Shown here: piece after piece, positions 45,792-56,150 of the stretch
Position numbering within the stretch: the stretch's first letter is position 1
How the letters are laid out: the number at the start of each line of letters is the position of its first letter
Origin: an uncultured Solirubrobacterales bacterium
GTDB lineage: Bacteria > Actinomycetota > Thermoleophilia > Solirubrobacterales > Solirubrobacteraceae
Direction: 5' to 3'
Length of the DNA: 64,000 bases
Assembly (NCBI GenBank): GCA_963725925.1
Contig: CAVSAY010000016.1
Location: 102,146-166,145, forward strand
Position numbers and translations under genes: made by a program
The notes under the pieces: generated by a model
What the model saw: only the letters and a program-made list of their open reading frames with translations
The model's database searches: none
Told to the model about the DNA's origin: nothing

Positions 45792-48700
45792 ATGATCTTG
45801 CACGGCGTTCGTCGGGTTGGTCTGATGCTGACCGGCGTGTTGGCGTTCTGTGGGCTCGCGTTCGCGGGGACGGCGGCGGCGCTGCCGGCGGGCTGCACGC
45901 AGGGCGGTCCCACGGCAACGTGCACGTACACCTCCCAAGGGGAGACGGCGTTCGTCGTGCCGGCCGGAGTGACGTCCATCACCGCCACCGTGGTCGGTGC
46001 ACAGGGTCGAGCCGGACAGCTTCGGCGGCGCCTCCGGCGGCTTGGGCGCGAAAGCGACCGGAACGCTCACGGTCACGCCTGGCGCGACGCTTGTACCTCG
46101 ACGTCAACGTCCTGGGAGCGCGGGGCGGCGATGAGATCGGCGGCTTCAAGGTGGGCGCCGACGGCGGCGGCGAGTCCGATGTGAGGACCTGCTCGGCGAC
46201 AGGCACCTGCGGTTCCGGTACCACGCTGGCCTCACGTCTGTTGGTCGCCGGTGGCGGTGGAGGTGGCGGCACCTTCGGCGGGAACGGGGGCAACGCCGGC
46301 ACGCCCGGTCCCGCTGGCAATGGCGGGGCAGGGACCACCGGTCGTAACCTCGGGGCCGGCGGCATGGGCGCGACCACCACAGGGCCCGGGGCCGGCGGCG
46401 CGGGGGCCGACGGCGGGCTTACCGGAGGGAGCGGCGATCCCGCCGGCGGTGCAGGCGGCGTGGGTGGCGACGCGAACGGGACCGACGGCAGTGGCGGCGG
46501 CGGGGGTGGCGCCGGATGGTTCGGCGGCGGCGGGGGCGGAGCGTGCATCACAGAGCAACGACGACGGCGGCAGCGGCGGCGGGGGCTCCAGCCATGCCGA
46601 TGCCTCGGTCACCGGAGCGACGTTCTTGCAGGCAACCTCGGGCCAGGCGCCGTCGGTCACGCTCACCTTCTCGGCGCCGGCGTTGACCACGACACCGAAC
46701 CGAACCACGGCGACGGCCGGGAGTGGCACTACGTTGAAGGATTCCGCTTTGCTGTCGGGCGGCGCCGCGCCGACGGGGACGATCACGTTCACGCTCTTTG
46801 CCAACGGCGGCGCTTCGCCGCGTCGATACGGAGACAGTGACCGTCAACGGGAACGGCACGTATTCGACCCCTGTCGGCTTCTCGCTCGGCCGGGGCGGCG
46901 GCCGGGACGTATCAGTGGGATGCAAGCTACTCGGGCGACTCGAACAACGCCGACGTCACAGACAACAACGATGCGGGTGAACGGGTGGTTGTGAGCCCCG
47001 CGAGCCCAACGCTGACGACGACTCCGAGCCCTGACGTCGCGCCACGCTCGGGCCCACGTCAACGACCTTGAAAGACTCGGCGACCCTGTCCGTCGGGAGT
47101 GCGCCGACGGGAGCGATCACGTTCACGCTCGCTGCGCCTGGCGGGCCGGTGGTCGACACCGAGATGGTGACGGTGAACGGGAACGGCACCTACTCGACCC
47201 CGACCGGCTTCACGCTGCCGACGACAGGCACGGCGTCCGGCACCTATCAGTGGAACGCGACGTATTCGGGCGATGCGAACAACAACGCGGTGGCAGACAC
47301 GAGCAACGCGAACGAGCAGGTGGTCGTGAGTCCCGCGAACCCGACGGTGACGACGACGCCGAACCCAACGACGGCGACGGCCGGGAGTGGCACTACGTTG
47401 AAGGATTCCGCTTTGTTGTCGGGCGGCGCCGCGCCGACGGGGACGATCACGTTCACACTGGCTGCGCCCGACGGCTCGCCGGTCGATACCGAGACCGTGG
47501 CTGTCAACGGCAACGGCAACGGCACGTACACGACCCCAATCGGCTTCACGCTGTCGTCGGTGGTCCCTGCGGGCGCCTATCAATGGCACGCGACCTACTC
47601 GGGCGACAGCGACAACACCACGGTGTCGGACGGCAACAACGCGAACGAGCTGGTGATCGCGGGCCCGGCGAACACCGCTCTGACGACAACGCCGAACCCG
47701 ACGACAGCGACGGCCGGGAGTGGCACGACGCTGAACGATTCGGCTGTGTTGTCAGGCGGCGCCGTCTCGACGGGGTTGATCACGTTCACACTGGCTGCGC
47801 CCGACGGCTCGCCGGTCGATACCGAGACCGTGGCTGTCAACGGCAACGGCACGTACACGACCCCGACCGGCTTCACGCTGGCTTCGACGGCCGCCGCCGG
47901 CACCTACCAATGGAACGCAACCTATTCGGGCGATGCGGGCAATGACCCGGCGGTGGACGTCAACAGCCCAAGCGAGCAGGTCGTGGTGGGCGCGGTCGCT
48001 CCGACGGCCACGATTGGCTCGCCGTCCGACGGCGCCATCTACGTCGTCGGGCAGAACGTCGCTTCGAGCTTCAGCTGCACCGAGGGCGCCGGCGGTCCCG
48101 GAATCAGCACCTGCCTGGACCAGGGCAACGCCTCCTCGGGACGTCAGGTCGACACTTCCACGGCCGGCACGCACACGTTCACGGTGACCGCGACGAGCAC
48201 CGACGGCCAGACCGGTCACTCGAGCGTGTCCTACATCGTCGCCGAGGTGCCATCCGCCTCGATCGGATCGCCGGCCTCAGGCGGCGTCTATGCGGTTGGA
48301 CAGTCGGTGCCAACAACCTTCTCCTGCGCCGAAGGCGCCCACGGGCCAGGCATCAGCTCGTGCACCGACAGCAACGGCGCGAGCGGCGGCGCGGGGCAGC
48401 TCGACACGTCAAGCCCCGGCTCACACAGCTACGCCGTCACCGCCAGATCGGGTGACGGCGGGACCGGGAGCGCGCGCGTGAGCTACACGGTTGCGGGAGG
48501 TCCGTCGGTGTCGATCTCAAGCCCTGCCGGTGGCGCTCGCTACGCGTTCGGAGGCAGCGTGCGCGCCGACTTCAGCTGCACGGAGGGCGCTTCTGGCCCC
48601 GGGATCTCGTCCTGCGCCGGCACCGCCAGCAACGGCTCGGCTATCGACACCACAAAGCCGGGCGAGCACACGTTCACCGTCACGGCGACCAGCGGCGACG

Positions 48701-49089
48701 GCCAGACGGTGACCAAGTCGGTCACGTACACCGTGCTGCCGAACAACCGGCACGTTGAGAAGTTCAAGCCGAAGCCGAGCGGGGCGTTCACGCTGACCGT
48801 CACTGTGCCGGGGCCGGGTCGCGTCGACATCCTCGAGACCGCCTGGAACGACAACCTCGCGACCGTCGCGAAGGTGCTCAACCCGGCGCCCCACCGGTTC
48901 GTGTTCGCGCGCGGCCATGCGATCGCCAGACGCGCGCAGACACTGCGGATCACGGTCAAGCCCAATGCACGCGGCCGTCGGTTGGTGGCCCACCACACGT
49001 ACCGGGTGACGCTCAGGATCTGGGTTAGCTTCACGCCGCGCGGCGGCCGGCAGCACAACATCGGCTACTACAACGTGCACCTGCCGTAG
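45792..49089 (+). pseudogene. Large secreted surface protein (Gly-rich domain, four Ig-like repeats, three disulfide PKD/HYR-like repeats) with about six frameshifts in the 5' part
   Basis: Signal peptide from ATG 45792; GGGGAGWFGGGGG Gly-rich domain. Reading frame changes near 46010, 46091, 46550, 46820, 46890 and 47040; intact 47068-49089. Confidence 0.75.
46680..47990 (+). repeat. Four tandem ~330-bp intragenic repeats (Ig-like, ~110 aa)
   Basis: Units [64 protein letters not shown] start near 46684, 47012, 47347 and 47680. CGGCGACGGCCGGGAGTGGCACTACGTTGAAGGATTCCGCTTTG is identical in units 1 and 3. Confidence 0.9.
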
Positions 49090-49112
49090 CCACCGCAACG
49101 TGGCGCGGCAGA

Positions 49113-49490
49113 TCAGGCCGTCGAGTTCTCGCCCTGTAGAGCGGCGATCCCGAGCGCGGCTGCGCCAAGCGCGGTGCCGGTCACGAGGATCGTCGCCCGA
49201 CTCGGCAGCTCACCTCGGCGTCCGGCAAGCAACCCAGCGGCTGCGTCGGCGAGGTCACATGCGATCCCGATCCGCAGCCACTGCGCTCGCTCGCGACCGC
49301 TGCTCGTCTTGAGTCCGAACGCCAGCGCGGCGTCGCGCACCGCGAACAGGCGCCCGAGGTAGGAGGCTTGGGGGTTGGCCGCCGGGTCCAAGCCGAACAG
49401 CCGACCGGACAGCTTCGGCGCCAACCACGCACCGGTTCCGATCGCGCCGCGCATGCCGACCAGGCTCTGAATGATCGTTTCGTTGGGCAT
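49113..49490 (-). CDS. Small membrane protein (DUF4267-like)
   Basis: Hydrophobic helices; GRLFAVRD, DLADA. Confidence 0.7.
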   Translation of the reverse strand: MPNETIIQSLVGMRGAIGTGAWLAPKLSGRLFGLDPAANPQASYLGRLFAVRDAALAFGLKTSSGRERAQWLRIGIACDLADAAAGLLAGRRGELPSRATILVTGTALGAAALGIAALQGENSTA

Positions 49491-49555
49491 GTGGCGACCC
49501 TACCGGGTTGGCGACCGGCGACGGAAGGGCGGCTGATAGCTAGGCTTCGCGGCCG

Positions 49556-50503
49556 ATGCGTGCCGTCACCATCCACGACGACCACTCACTGACGGTCGAG
49601 GATCATCCCGATCCCACGCCGGGCGGTGGCGAGTGCCTCGTGCGCGTCCGGGCGGCGGGCCTCAATGGCGCCGACATCCATCAGCGTGGCGGCAACTACC
49701 CCGCGCCGCCGGGTGCGCCGCAGGACATTCCTGGCCTCGAGCTGGCGGGCGAGGTGATCGAATGCGGCCAGGGGGCAATGCGCTTCAAGACTGGCGACCG
49801 TGTCATGTCGATCGTCGCCGGTGGCGGCCAGGCGGAGCTGGCGGTGGTCCACGAGCGCGTATTGATGCCGATTCCCGGCAACCTCGACTGGCCGCAGGCT
49901 GGCGGCACTCCCGAGGTGTTCACGACCGCCCACGACGCGCTGTTCACGCAGGCGGGCCTGCGCGCCGGCGAGCGGCTGCTCGTGCACGGCGCCGCGGGCG
50001 GCGTCGGCACCGCGGCGGTCCAGCTCGGGCGGGCCGCCGGCGCCCGCGTCACCGCGACCGTCCGCAACCCCGACGCGCGCGAAAAGGTGGCGAGCCTCGG
50101 CGCCGAGGTGATCGCGCCGGAAGGGTTCGCCGAGCACGGGCCGTTCGACGTGATCCTGGAGCTGGTCGGTGCGCCCAACCTTCACGAGAACCTGATGTCG
50201 CTGAACATCTGGGGCCGGATCGCGACGATCGGCATCGGTGCCGGCGCCAAGGCGGAGATCAACCTCGGGCTGCTGCTGGGCAAGCGCGCGACGATCCACG
50301 GCTCCACGCTGCGACCGCGACCGCTGGAGGAAAAGGCGATGACGGCGCGGGCGATGGAGCGCTCGGTGCTTCCGCTATTCGAATCCGGGGCGATCACCGT
50401 GCCGATCGCCGAGACGTTCCCGCTGGAGCGCGCTCCCGACGCCTACGACCGGTTCACGGCTCCGGGCAAGTTCGGCAAGGTCGTGCTCGCGATGTTCACG
50501 TGA
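49556..50503 (+). CDS. NAD(P)H-quinone oxidoreductase (zeta-crystallin/PIG3 MDR family)
   Basis: AAGLNGAD, PGLELAG, VHGAAGGVGTAAVQ, GKVVL. Confidence 0.92.
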   Translation: MRAVTIHDDHSLTVEDHPDPTPGGGECLVRVRAAGLNGADIHQRGGNYPAPPGAPQDIPGLELAGEVIECGQGAMRFKTGDRVMSIVAGGGQAELAVVHERVLMPIPGNLDWPQAGGTPEVFTTAHDALFTQAGLRAGERLLVHGAAGGVGTAAVQLGRAAGARVTATVRNPDAREKVASLGAEVIAPEGFAEHGPFDVILELVGAPNLHENLMSLNIWGRIATIGIGAGAKAEINLGLLLGKRATIHGSTLRPRPLEEKAMTARAMERSVLPLFESGAITVPIAETFPLERAPDAYDRFTAPGKFGKVVLAMFT

Positions 50504-50509
50504 CGAGCG

Positions 50510-50692
50510 TCACTCTTCGGTGAACCCAGCCTCGTCGGCGACGAGTCCGGGCTCGTCCTCGGCCGCGTGAACCGAGCAGAGCGCCGGGCCGCCCGATTCG
50601 AGCACGGTCTGCAGCTCAGCTGTGGTCAGCTTCGCTCCGCACTCCTCGCAGCGATCTCCGACCTGGTCGAGGCTCTTCTCTTCTAGGTCCAT
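50510..50692 (-). CDS. Small putative zinc-binding protein (60 aa)
   Basis: CEECG ... CSVH ligand pattern; TAGACT -10-like box 8 nt upstream. Confidence 0.65.
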   Translation of the reverse strand: MDLEEKSLDQVGDRCEECGAKLTTAELQTVLESGGPALCSVHAAEDEPGLVADEAGFTEE

Positions 50693-50723
50693 GAGGGCCG
50701 AGTCTATCCCTCGGCCGCGGCGA

Positions 50724-51329
50724 TCAATAGGGGGGAAGATCCGCCCACCAGGTCCCCAGGACGCGGAACGAGGACCAGAACTCGCGCTTGGCGCTTTCCT
50801 CGTCGAGCGCGTCGTCGATGTTGGGAACGTACAGCGCCTCGACGGTGGGGGTGAGGCGCTGGAGCTGGCCCGGGGCGGGGTTGAGCTCGCGCCGCAGCGG
50901 GATGTCCAGCTCGTTGACCACGCCGAGCGCGTCCGGGCCCATGACCACGACGAGCTTGGGTGAGACGATCGCGAGCTCGTCGGCCAGCCGTGCGATGCAC
51001 GCCGGATCTGCCATCACGGGATCTGCCACCGGGCACTTGACGCACAGCGTCCCGTAGACGGCCAGGGGGTCGATCGACAGCCGTTTGAGCGACTTCATCA
51101 GCGCGTTGCCCGTGCGGCCGTAGAACGCAACGCCCTCCTCGACCTCCGAGGGACGCGGTGAGTACTTGACCAGGAAGATGTCGGCCTGGGGGTGGCCCGA
51201 GCCCAGGACGGGCATCAGCTGCCCACGGGGGCAATGGGTACAGGACTGGACCTCGCGCGCGAACGAGTTGAGCTCGCGGATCGCCCGCTCCAGGTACTTC
51301 TCACGAATCTCGTCGTCGGTCGCTGGCAT
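50724..51329 (-). CDS. Uracil-DNA glycosylase family 4-like protein with degenerate catalytic motifs
   Basis: ATG 51329; CTHC, GSGHPQA, VKC and ACIARLADEL..VSPKLVVVMG retain the fold and Fe-S cysteines. Confidence 0.7.
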   Translation of the reverse strand: MPATDDEIREKYLERAIRELNSFAREVQSCTHCPRGQLMPVLGSGHPQADIFLVKYSPRPSEVEEGVAFYGRTGNALMKSLKRLSIDPLAVYGTLCVKCPVADPVMADPACIARLADELAIVSPKLVVVMGPDALGVVNELDIPLRRELNPAPGQLQRLTPTVEALYVPNIDDALDEESAKREFWSSFRVLGTWWADLPPY

Positions 51330-51409
51330 CCCCGTCGGATTGGACGGCTCGCGAGCTTGTCCTTGCGAGTGCATCAGGACTTGCGCCGGTCGTCGCGGTT
51401 TGCCACCGG

Positions 51410-53320
51410 TCAGCGACCCGTCGCGCGCCTGACCCGCCGGTCGCGCGAGGCACGCCGCGCGGAGGGGGGAAGTGCCTTGGTTTGCAGGAACTTCAGGGCC
51501 TGCACGTACAGCAGGCTGGCAGGGTTGCGGACGATGTCGGCGTCGCGCAGGGACTCCAGAAACTCGTCGGGGCCGTTGAACTCGCGCATGCGGATTCGCA
51601 CCGATCCGAGGCCCTGAGGGACGTGGGCGTCCGAGCCGGCGCCGGCCGGAATCCGGTACTTGGCCGCGAACCGCACCGCCTCGTCGTTGAACTCCATGAT
51701 CGCCACGCGCGGGTTGAACACCTCGATCGCGTCGATCGAATCGAGCACGTCGAGCAGGTGCTTGTAGTCGGGCACCGAGTGCATGCGGTCGAACGGATGC
51801 GGCACGTACACCAGGCCTCCCTGGCGCTTGATCTCGGCGATCGTCTCCTGGAGAGTCAGCCCGCGCGGGATCTTCTCCTCGATGAACAGGCCGATCACCT
51901 CGCCCTGGTCTGCGGTCTTGACCTCCTCGGCCACGATCACGTTGATCCCGTCGGCGAGCTCACGGGCCGCGAGCGCACCCGAGACCTCGTTGTGGTCGGT
52001 GATCGCGATCGCCCCCAGGCCACGCGCTCGCGCCTCGGCCAGCAGCACCTCGACCGGCGTCGCGCAGTCATAGGAGTGATCGGTGTGCATGTGCAGATCG
52101 ACGTCGATCAGCCGCCGCTCACGGAGGCGGCCGCGCAGCTTGGAGTCGCCGCGGCCGTCGTGGCGGCGGGCGACCAGGCCGGTGTAGACGTCCTCGAGCT
52201 CATCGGCCACGCGGGTCCAGGAGAAGCTCGAACGCAGCCGCTCGAGCTGCGCGGGATCGCGGCGGCGTTGTCCCGGGTCGGCGATCAGGCGCGACAGCTG
52301 TGACGCGAGCGTCTGCGCGTCGCCTGGCTCGAACGCGTCGCCGTACTCACCGTCGGCAAGGAGCTCCTCGTACACGGGCAGGCGCGAGGCGACCGGGACC
52401 AGCCCGGTGGCGAGCCCCCGCACGAGCGTTTCGGGGGTCGTCCGCACGCCCTCGGAGGCGAGCACCAGCACGTCTGCCCTTGCCAGCGCCTGCGCCTCAT
52501 CGAGCTGGCTGGGGTCGGCGAACTCGACGCGTGCGCGCAGGGCCCTGCCGAGCGCCGCGGAGCCCGTCAGCGGCCGCGGCGACCAAATCGTGGCGTGCCA
52601 CTCCAGGTCCGCCGGCAGCGCGCGTAGCGCCCGCAGGAAGATCCGCAGGGACGCGCGCTCCTCGCGCGCGATCAGCACGAGCTCGGCGGGCGCGTCCGCG
52701 GTCCGGTCGCGGTCGGATGCCGCGGCATCGGTATCGACGTCCGCGCCCGGCAGGATCACCCGGTAGTCGGCCGGGAAGAACCGCTGCATCAGCTCCCTGG
52801 TCGCCTCGTAGCTGGCGGTGCGAGCGTCCAGGCGCCCGAAAAACAGCCGCGACAGCGGCCGCGCGAGCTGTGTCGACAGCACGCGCTCGGTGGGCCCGTG
52901 GAAGCCGCCCACGTTCAAGGCTCTGGAGTGGCGCAGGGCGACGCTCGAGGCGCTGGGCGCAAACGGCTCGTGCACATGGACCACGTCCAGGCGCAGGTTG
53001 GTCAGCGCCTCCTCGATCGTCCGCGCCACGTCGACCGGCAGCGACGCCGCCCGCCGCCGCGTTGGCGAGAACGGCAGCACCTCGCCGACGCCGAGCACCA
53101 AGGGCTCGTCCTGGGCGCGGTCCAGCAGCGATTCAGGCTGACTGCGGATCGCCCGGCGGCTGTCGCGAACGAGCTCCGCGGACGTCGACGGGGCGATGAC
53201 CAGGACCTGGTGGCCCCGGCCGCTCAGCTCCTGGGAGACCCGCCAGACGTACTCGCGTACCTCGTTGGCCGACTCCCAGGCGAACGGACAGACCTGCGCA
53301 ATCGCGAGCCGCTCGGGCAC
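51410..53320 (-). CDS. PimA-like GT4 domain fused to a PHP-family phosphoesterase
   Basis: IAQVCPFAWE, DVVHVHEPFAPS (PimA-like); C-terminal DLHMHTDHSYD, ITDHN, HPFD, GSDAH (PHP). Confidence 0.85.
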   Translation of the reverse strand: MPERLAIAQVCPFAWESANEVREYVWRVSQELSGRGHQVLVIAPSTSAELVRDSRRAIRSQPESLLDRAQDEPLVLGVGEVLPFSPTRRRAASLPVDVARTIEEALTNLRLDVVHVHEPFAPSASSVALRHSRALNVGGFHGPTERVLSTQLARPLSRLFFGRLDARTASYEATRELMQRFFPADYRVILPGADVDTDAAASDRDRTADAPAELVLIAREERASLRIFLRALRALPADLEWHATIWSPRPLTGSAALGRALRARVEFADPSQLDEAQALARADVLVLASEGVRTTPETLVRGLATGLVPVASRLPVYEELLADGEYGDAFEPGDAQTLASQLSRLIADPGQRRRDPAQLERLRSSFSWTRVADELEDVYTGLVARRHDGRGDSKLRGRLRERRLIDVDLHMHTDHSYDCATPVEVLLAEARARGLGAIAITDHNEVSGALAARELADGINVIVAEEVKTADQGEVIGLFIEEKIPRGLTLQETIAEIKRQGGLVYVPHPFDRMHSVPDYKHLLDVLDSIDAIEVFNPRVAIMEFNDEAVRFAAKYRIPAGAGSDAHVPQGLGSVRIRMREFNGPDEFLESLRDADIVRNPASLLYVQALKFLQTKALPPSARRASRDRRVRRATGR

Positions 53321-53342
53321 GCGATGAGAATAGTGCGAGTGG

Positions 53343-54521
53343 CTACTTCTCGGACTTCGCGGTCGCCTTGGCGGACTTCGCGGCCTTGCCGACCTGCTTG
53401 CGCGTGTGCTTGGCGATGAACTCGTCGGTGAGGTCCCGTGCCTCGGAGTCCGGACGCTGGTGCATCGGCGACTTCATCAGGTACGAGCTGGGGCCGTCGA
53501 GCTGGCCGGCGAGGCCGTCGTTGAGCGCCAGCTTGCAGCAGCGCACCGCGTCGATCACGATCCCCGCCGAGTTCGGCGAGTCCCATACCTCGAGCTTGAG
53601 CTCGGCGGTCAGCGGCACGTCGCCGAATGCCTGGCCCTCGAGGCGAATGTGCGCCCACTTGCGGTCGGTCAGCCACGGCACGTAGTCCGACGGGCCCACG
53701 TGGACGTCGTCGGCCGGAAGCGTGTGGCCCATGATCGACGTGACGGCGTTGGTCTTGGAGATCTTCTTGGACTCCAGGCGCTCGCGCTCGAGCATGTTGT
53801 AGAAGTCCATGTTGCCGCCGACGTTGAGCTGCGAGGTGCGCAGCAGCTTGACCCCGCGGTCGTGGAACAGCCGCGCGAGCGCGCGGTGCACGATCGTCGC
53901 GCCGACCTGGGACTTGATGTCGTCACCGACGATCGGCAGTCCGGCCTTCTTGAAGCGCTTGTCCCAGTACGGCTCGCGAGCGATGAACACGGGGATGCAG
54001 TTCACGAACCCGCACCCGGCCTCGAGGATCTGCTCCACGTACCACTTGGTGGCCTGTTCGGAGCCGACCGGGAGGTAGGAGACGACCACGTCGGTACGGG
54101 TCTCCTTGAGGATCTCGACGATGTCGGCCGTGGGGCCGGGCGCCTTGGTGATCTTCTCCTTGAGGTACTTGCCAAGGCCGTCGTGGGTCATCCCGCGCTG
54201 GACCTCGATGCCCAGGTTGGGGACGTCGGTGTCGAACTTCAGCGTGTTGTTCTGGCCCGCGAAGATCGCCTCGGAGAGGTCCTTGCCGACCTTGTCGGCG
54301 TCGATGTCGAAGGCGGCGCTGAACTCGATGTCGCGGACGTGGTAGCCACCGAGGTCGACGTGCATCAGGCCGGGCACGGACTCGGCAGCATCGGTGTCGC
54401 GGTAGTAGTGCACGCCCTGCACGAACGAGCTCGCGCAGTTGCCGACGCCGATGATCGCGACGCGTACCTTGTCGTCCTGGTAGCGCGCGGCGCCGTTAGT
54501 GGATCCGTTGCCAGTGCTCAC
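53343..54521 (-). CDS. ino1: myo-Inositol-1-phosphate synthase
   Basis: [54 protein letters not shown]. Confidence 0.96.
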   Translation of the reverse strand: MSTGNGSTNGAARYQDDKVRVAIIGVGNCASSFVQGVHYYRDTDAAESVPGLMHVDLGGYHVRDIEFSAAFDIDADKVGKDLSEAIFAGQNNTLKFDTDVPNLGIEVQRGMTHDGLGKYLKEKITKAPGPTADIVEILKETRTDVVVSYLPVGSEQATKWYVEQILEAGCGFVNCIPVFIAREPYWDKRFKKAGLPIVGDDIKSQVGATIVHRALARLFHDRGVKLLRTSQLNVGGNMDFYNMLERERLESKKISKTNAVTSIMGHTLPADDVHVGPSDYVPWLTDRKWAHIRLEGQAFGDVPLTAELKLEVWDSPNSAGIVIDAVRCCKLALNDGLAGQLDGPSSYLMKSPMHQRPDSEARDLTDEFIAKHTRKQVGKAAKSAKATAKSEK

Positions 54522-54637
54522 TGTGTGAACTTCCCTTCTCGAAGATGAGGTCTGCCCCTCAGCTGTAGCACGGGGCGTCCATCAGACTTATTCCCCGAAA
54601 CGCGGTTCGTTACATCTGTGAAGCGCGTTGGGCGTGT

Positions 54638-55291
54638 CTACGGGGCCACTGCGAGCTGCTTGCGGACGTACAGAATCCGCTGCAGTGTGGTCACCGCGGC
54701 GAGTGCCGCAAGCACGTACACGGCGGGGGCAAGCAGCTCGAAGTTGCCGATCGACGCGCCCTTCGCGAACACCAGCCCGATCGACAGGATCACCACTCGC
54801 ACGGGCCTGGTCGCCAGACCCACCTTGCAGGCGACGCCGAGGGCCTCGGCGCGAGCCCGGGTGTAGGAGACCATCAGCGAGAACAGGACCGCAGCCACCG
54901 TCGCCGCCGCGGCGACCTCGTTGTGCTGCGAGGCGAAGTAGGCGCCGACGGCGGTGAGGACGATCCCCTCCTCCATCCGGTCAAGGGTGGAATCCAGGAA
55001 CGCGCCGAACGGCGTGCCCTTGCCCGACATCCGCGAGTAGCGCCCGTCGAGCGTGTCCATGATCGAGCCGACGATGAACGCGATCCCGGCCAGGAAGAAC
55101 AGCCTCCCCACGACCAGCGCGGCGGCGGCGATGTTCAGCGCAAAGCCCGTCAGCGAGATCGCGTTCGGTGTCAGCCGCGACTCGATCAGGCGCTCGCGCA
55201 TCAGCGCCTGCGTGGCGGCTCCGTTGCGGCGCGGACGTGGCCGGCCGGAGCGGTCTGGCCGCAATCGGGGCGGCTCGGTCTGCTCGGCCAC
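54638..55291 (-). CDS. CDP-alcohol phosphatidyltransferase (phosphatidylinositol-phosphate synthase-like)
   Basis: LTPNAIS, DTLDGRYSR..GKGTPFGAFLDSTLDR signature, SYTRARAE. Confidence 0.93.
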   Translation of the reverse strand: MAEQTEPPRLRPDRSGRPRPRRNGAATQALMRERLIESRLTPNAISLTGFALNIAAAALVVGRLFFLAGIAFIVGSIMDTLDGRYSRMSGKGTPFGAFLDSTLDRMEEGIVLTAVGAYFASQHNEVAAAATVAAVLFSLMVSYTRARAEALGVACKVGLATRPVRVVILSIGLVFAKGASIGNFELLAPAVYVLAALAAVTTLQRILYVRKQLAVAP

Positions 55292-55322
55292 TGCTAGCGG
55301 CTGGTCGCGGTTGACGGCACGG

Positions 55323-56093
55323 TCAGGCGGTGGCGTGGCCGAACGCCCAGGCGTCTGGCCTGGCGCGTGCGAGCAGCTGCTTGGAAAGCAGAGCGGCGAT
55401 GCCGGCGGTCACGCAGCCCAGGAACACGTCGGTGAAGTAGTGGTTGCCCGTGGCCACGACCACGAACGTGATCCACAACGGGTACAGCCCCCAGGCGATC
55501 TTCGCCCACCAGTGCTTCATGAAGCGGACCATCGGCCAGCTGACCATCACCGCAAAGCAAACGTGCATCGACGGCACCGCGGCGTAGAAGTTCAGCAGCG
55601 CCTTCTCGGGCCCGTAGTCGACCCACCCGCCCAGGAACTGGGAGATCGAGTCGGTGAAGCCCCACTCCGGCAGCAGCCGCGGCGGCGCGGTCGGGTACAG
55701 CCAGTAACCGATCAGCGCGATCGCCATCGCGGTCATGAACATGTTGCGCACGAAGTAGAACGAGTCGTTGCGGCGCATGTAGATGAAGATCAGCGCGCCG
55801 ATCGTGACGAAGTAGTGGGCGTTGAGATACGTCCAGTCGGCGACGTCCATCAGCCAGTGCTTGTTCTGCGCCCAAGCCTGGATGCTGGGCTCGGCGAACA
55901 CGTGCAGCCAGCGCTCGATGTCGATGATCCGCGTTGCATCCCCAAACGGCTTGTAGCCGTTGCCGTAATGGATCAGACCCCGGACGAGCTGATACAGCAC
56001 GTAGGCGCCGACGAACAGCAGGAGCTGCCTGAAAACATCCTTCCAACCACGCGGCAGTGCCCGAGCGCCGATCGTGCGGAGTCGATCACGCAT
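55323..56093 (-). CDS. PAP2 superfamily membrane protein (AUR1/IPC-synthase-like)
   Basis: YPTAPPR, YAAVPSMH, VVATGNHYFTD; multiple TM helices. Confidence 0.88.
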   Translation of the reverse strand: MRDRLRTIGARALPRGWKDVFRQLLLFVGAYVLYQLVRGLIHYGNGYKPFGDATRIIDIERWLHVFAEPSIQAWAQNKHWLMDVADWTYLNAHYFVTIGALIFIYMRRNDSFYFVRNMFMTAMAIALIGYWLYPTAPPRLLPEWGFTDSISQFLGGWVDYGPEKALLNFYAAVPSMHVCFAVMVSWPMVRFMKHWWAKIAWGLYPLWITFVVVATGNHYFTDVFLGCVTAGIAALLSKQLLARARPDAWAFGHATA

Positions 56094-56150
56094 GACAGAC
56101 GATCCTACCGACCGCGGCCGCTGTGCTGGTCAGAAGCGATCGAGCGGAGC

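Noticed and set aside
46680-47990. Possible CRISPR-like or non-coding tandem array
   Set aside because: The ~330-bp units are protein-coding Ig-like repeats, with no short repeat-spacer structure and no cas genes.
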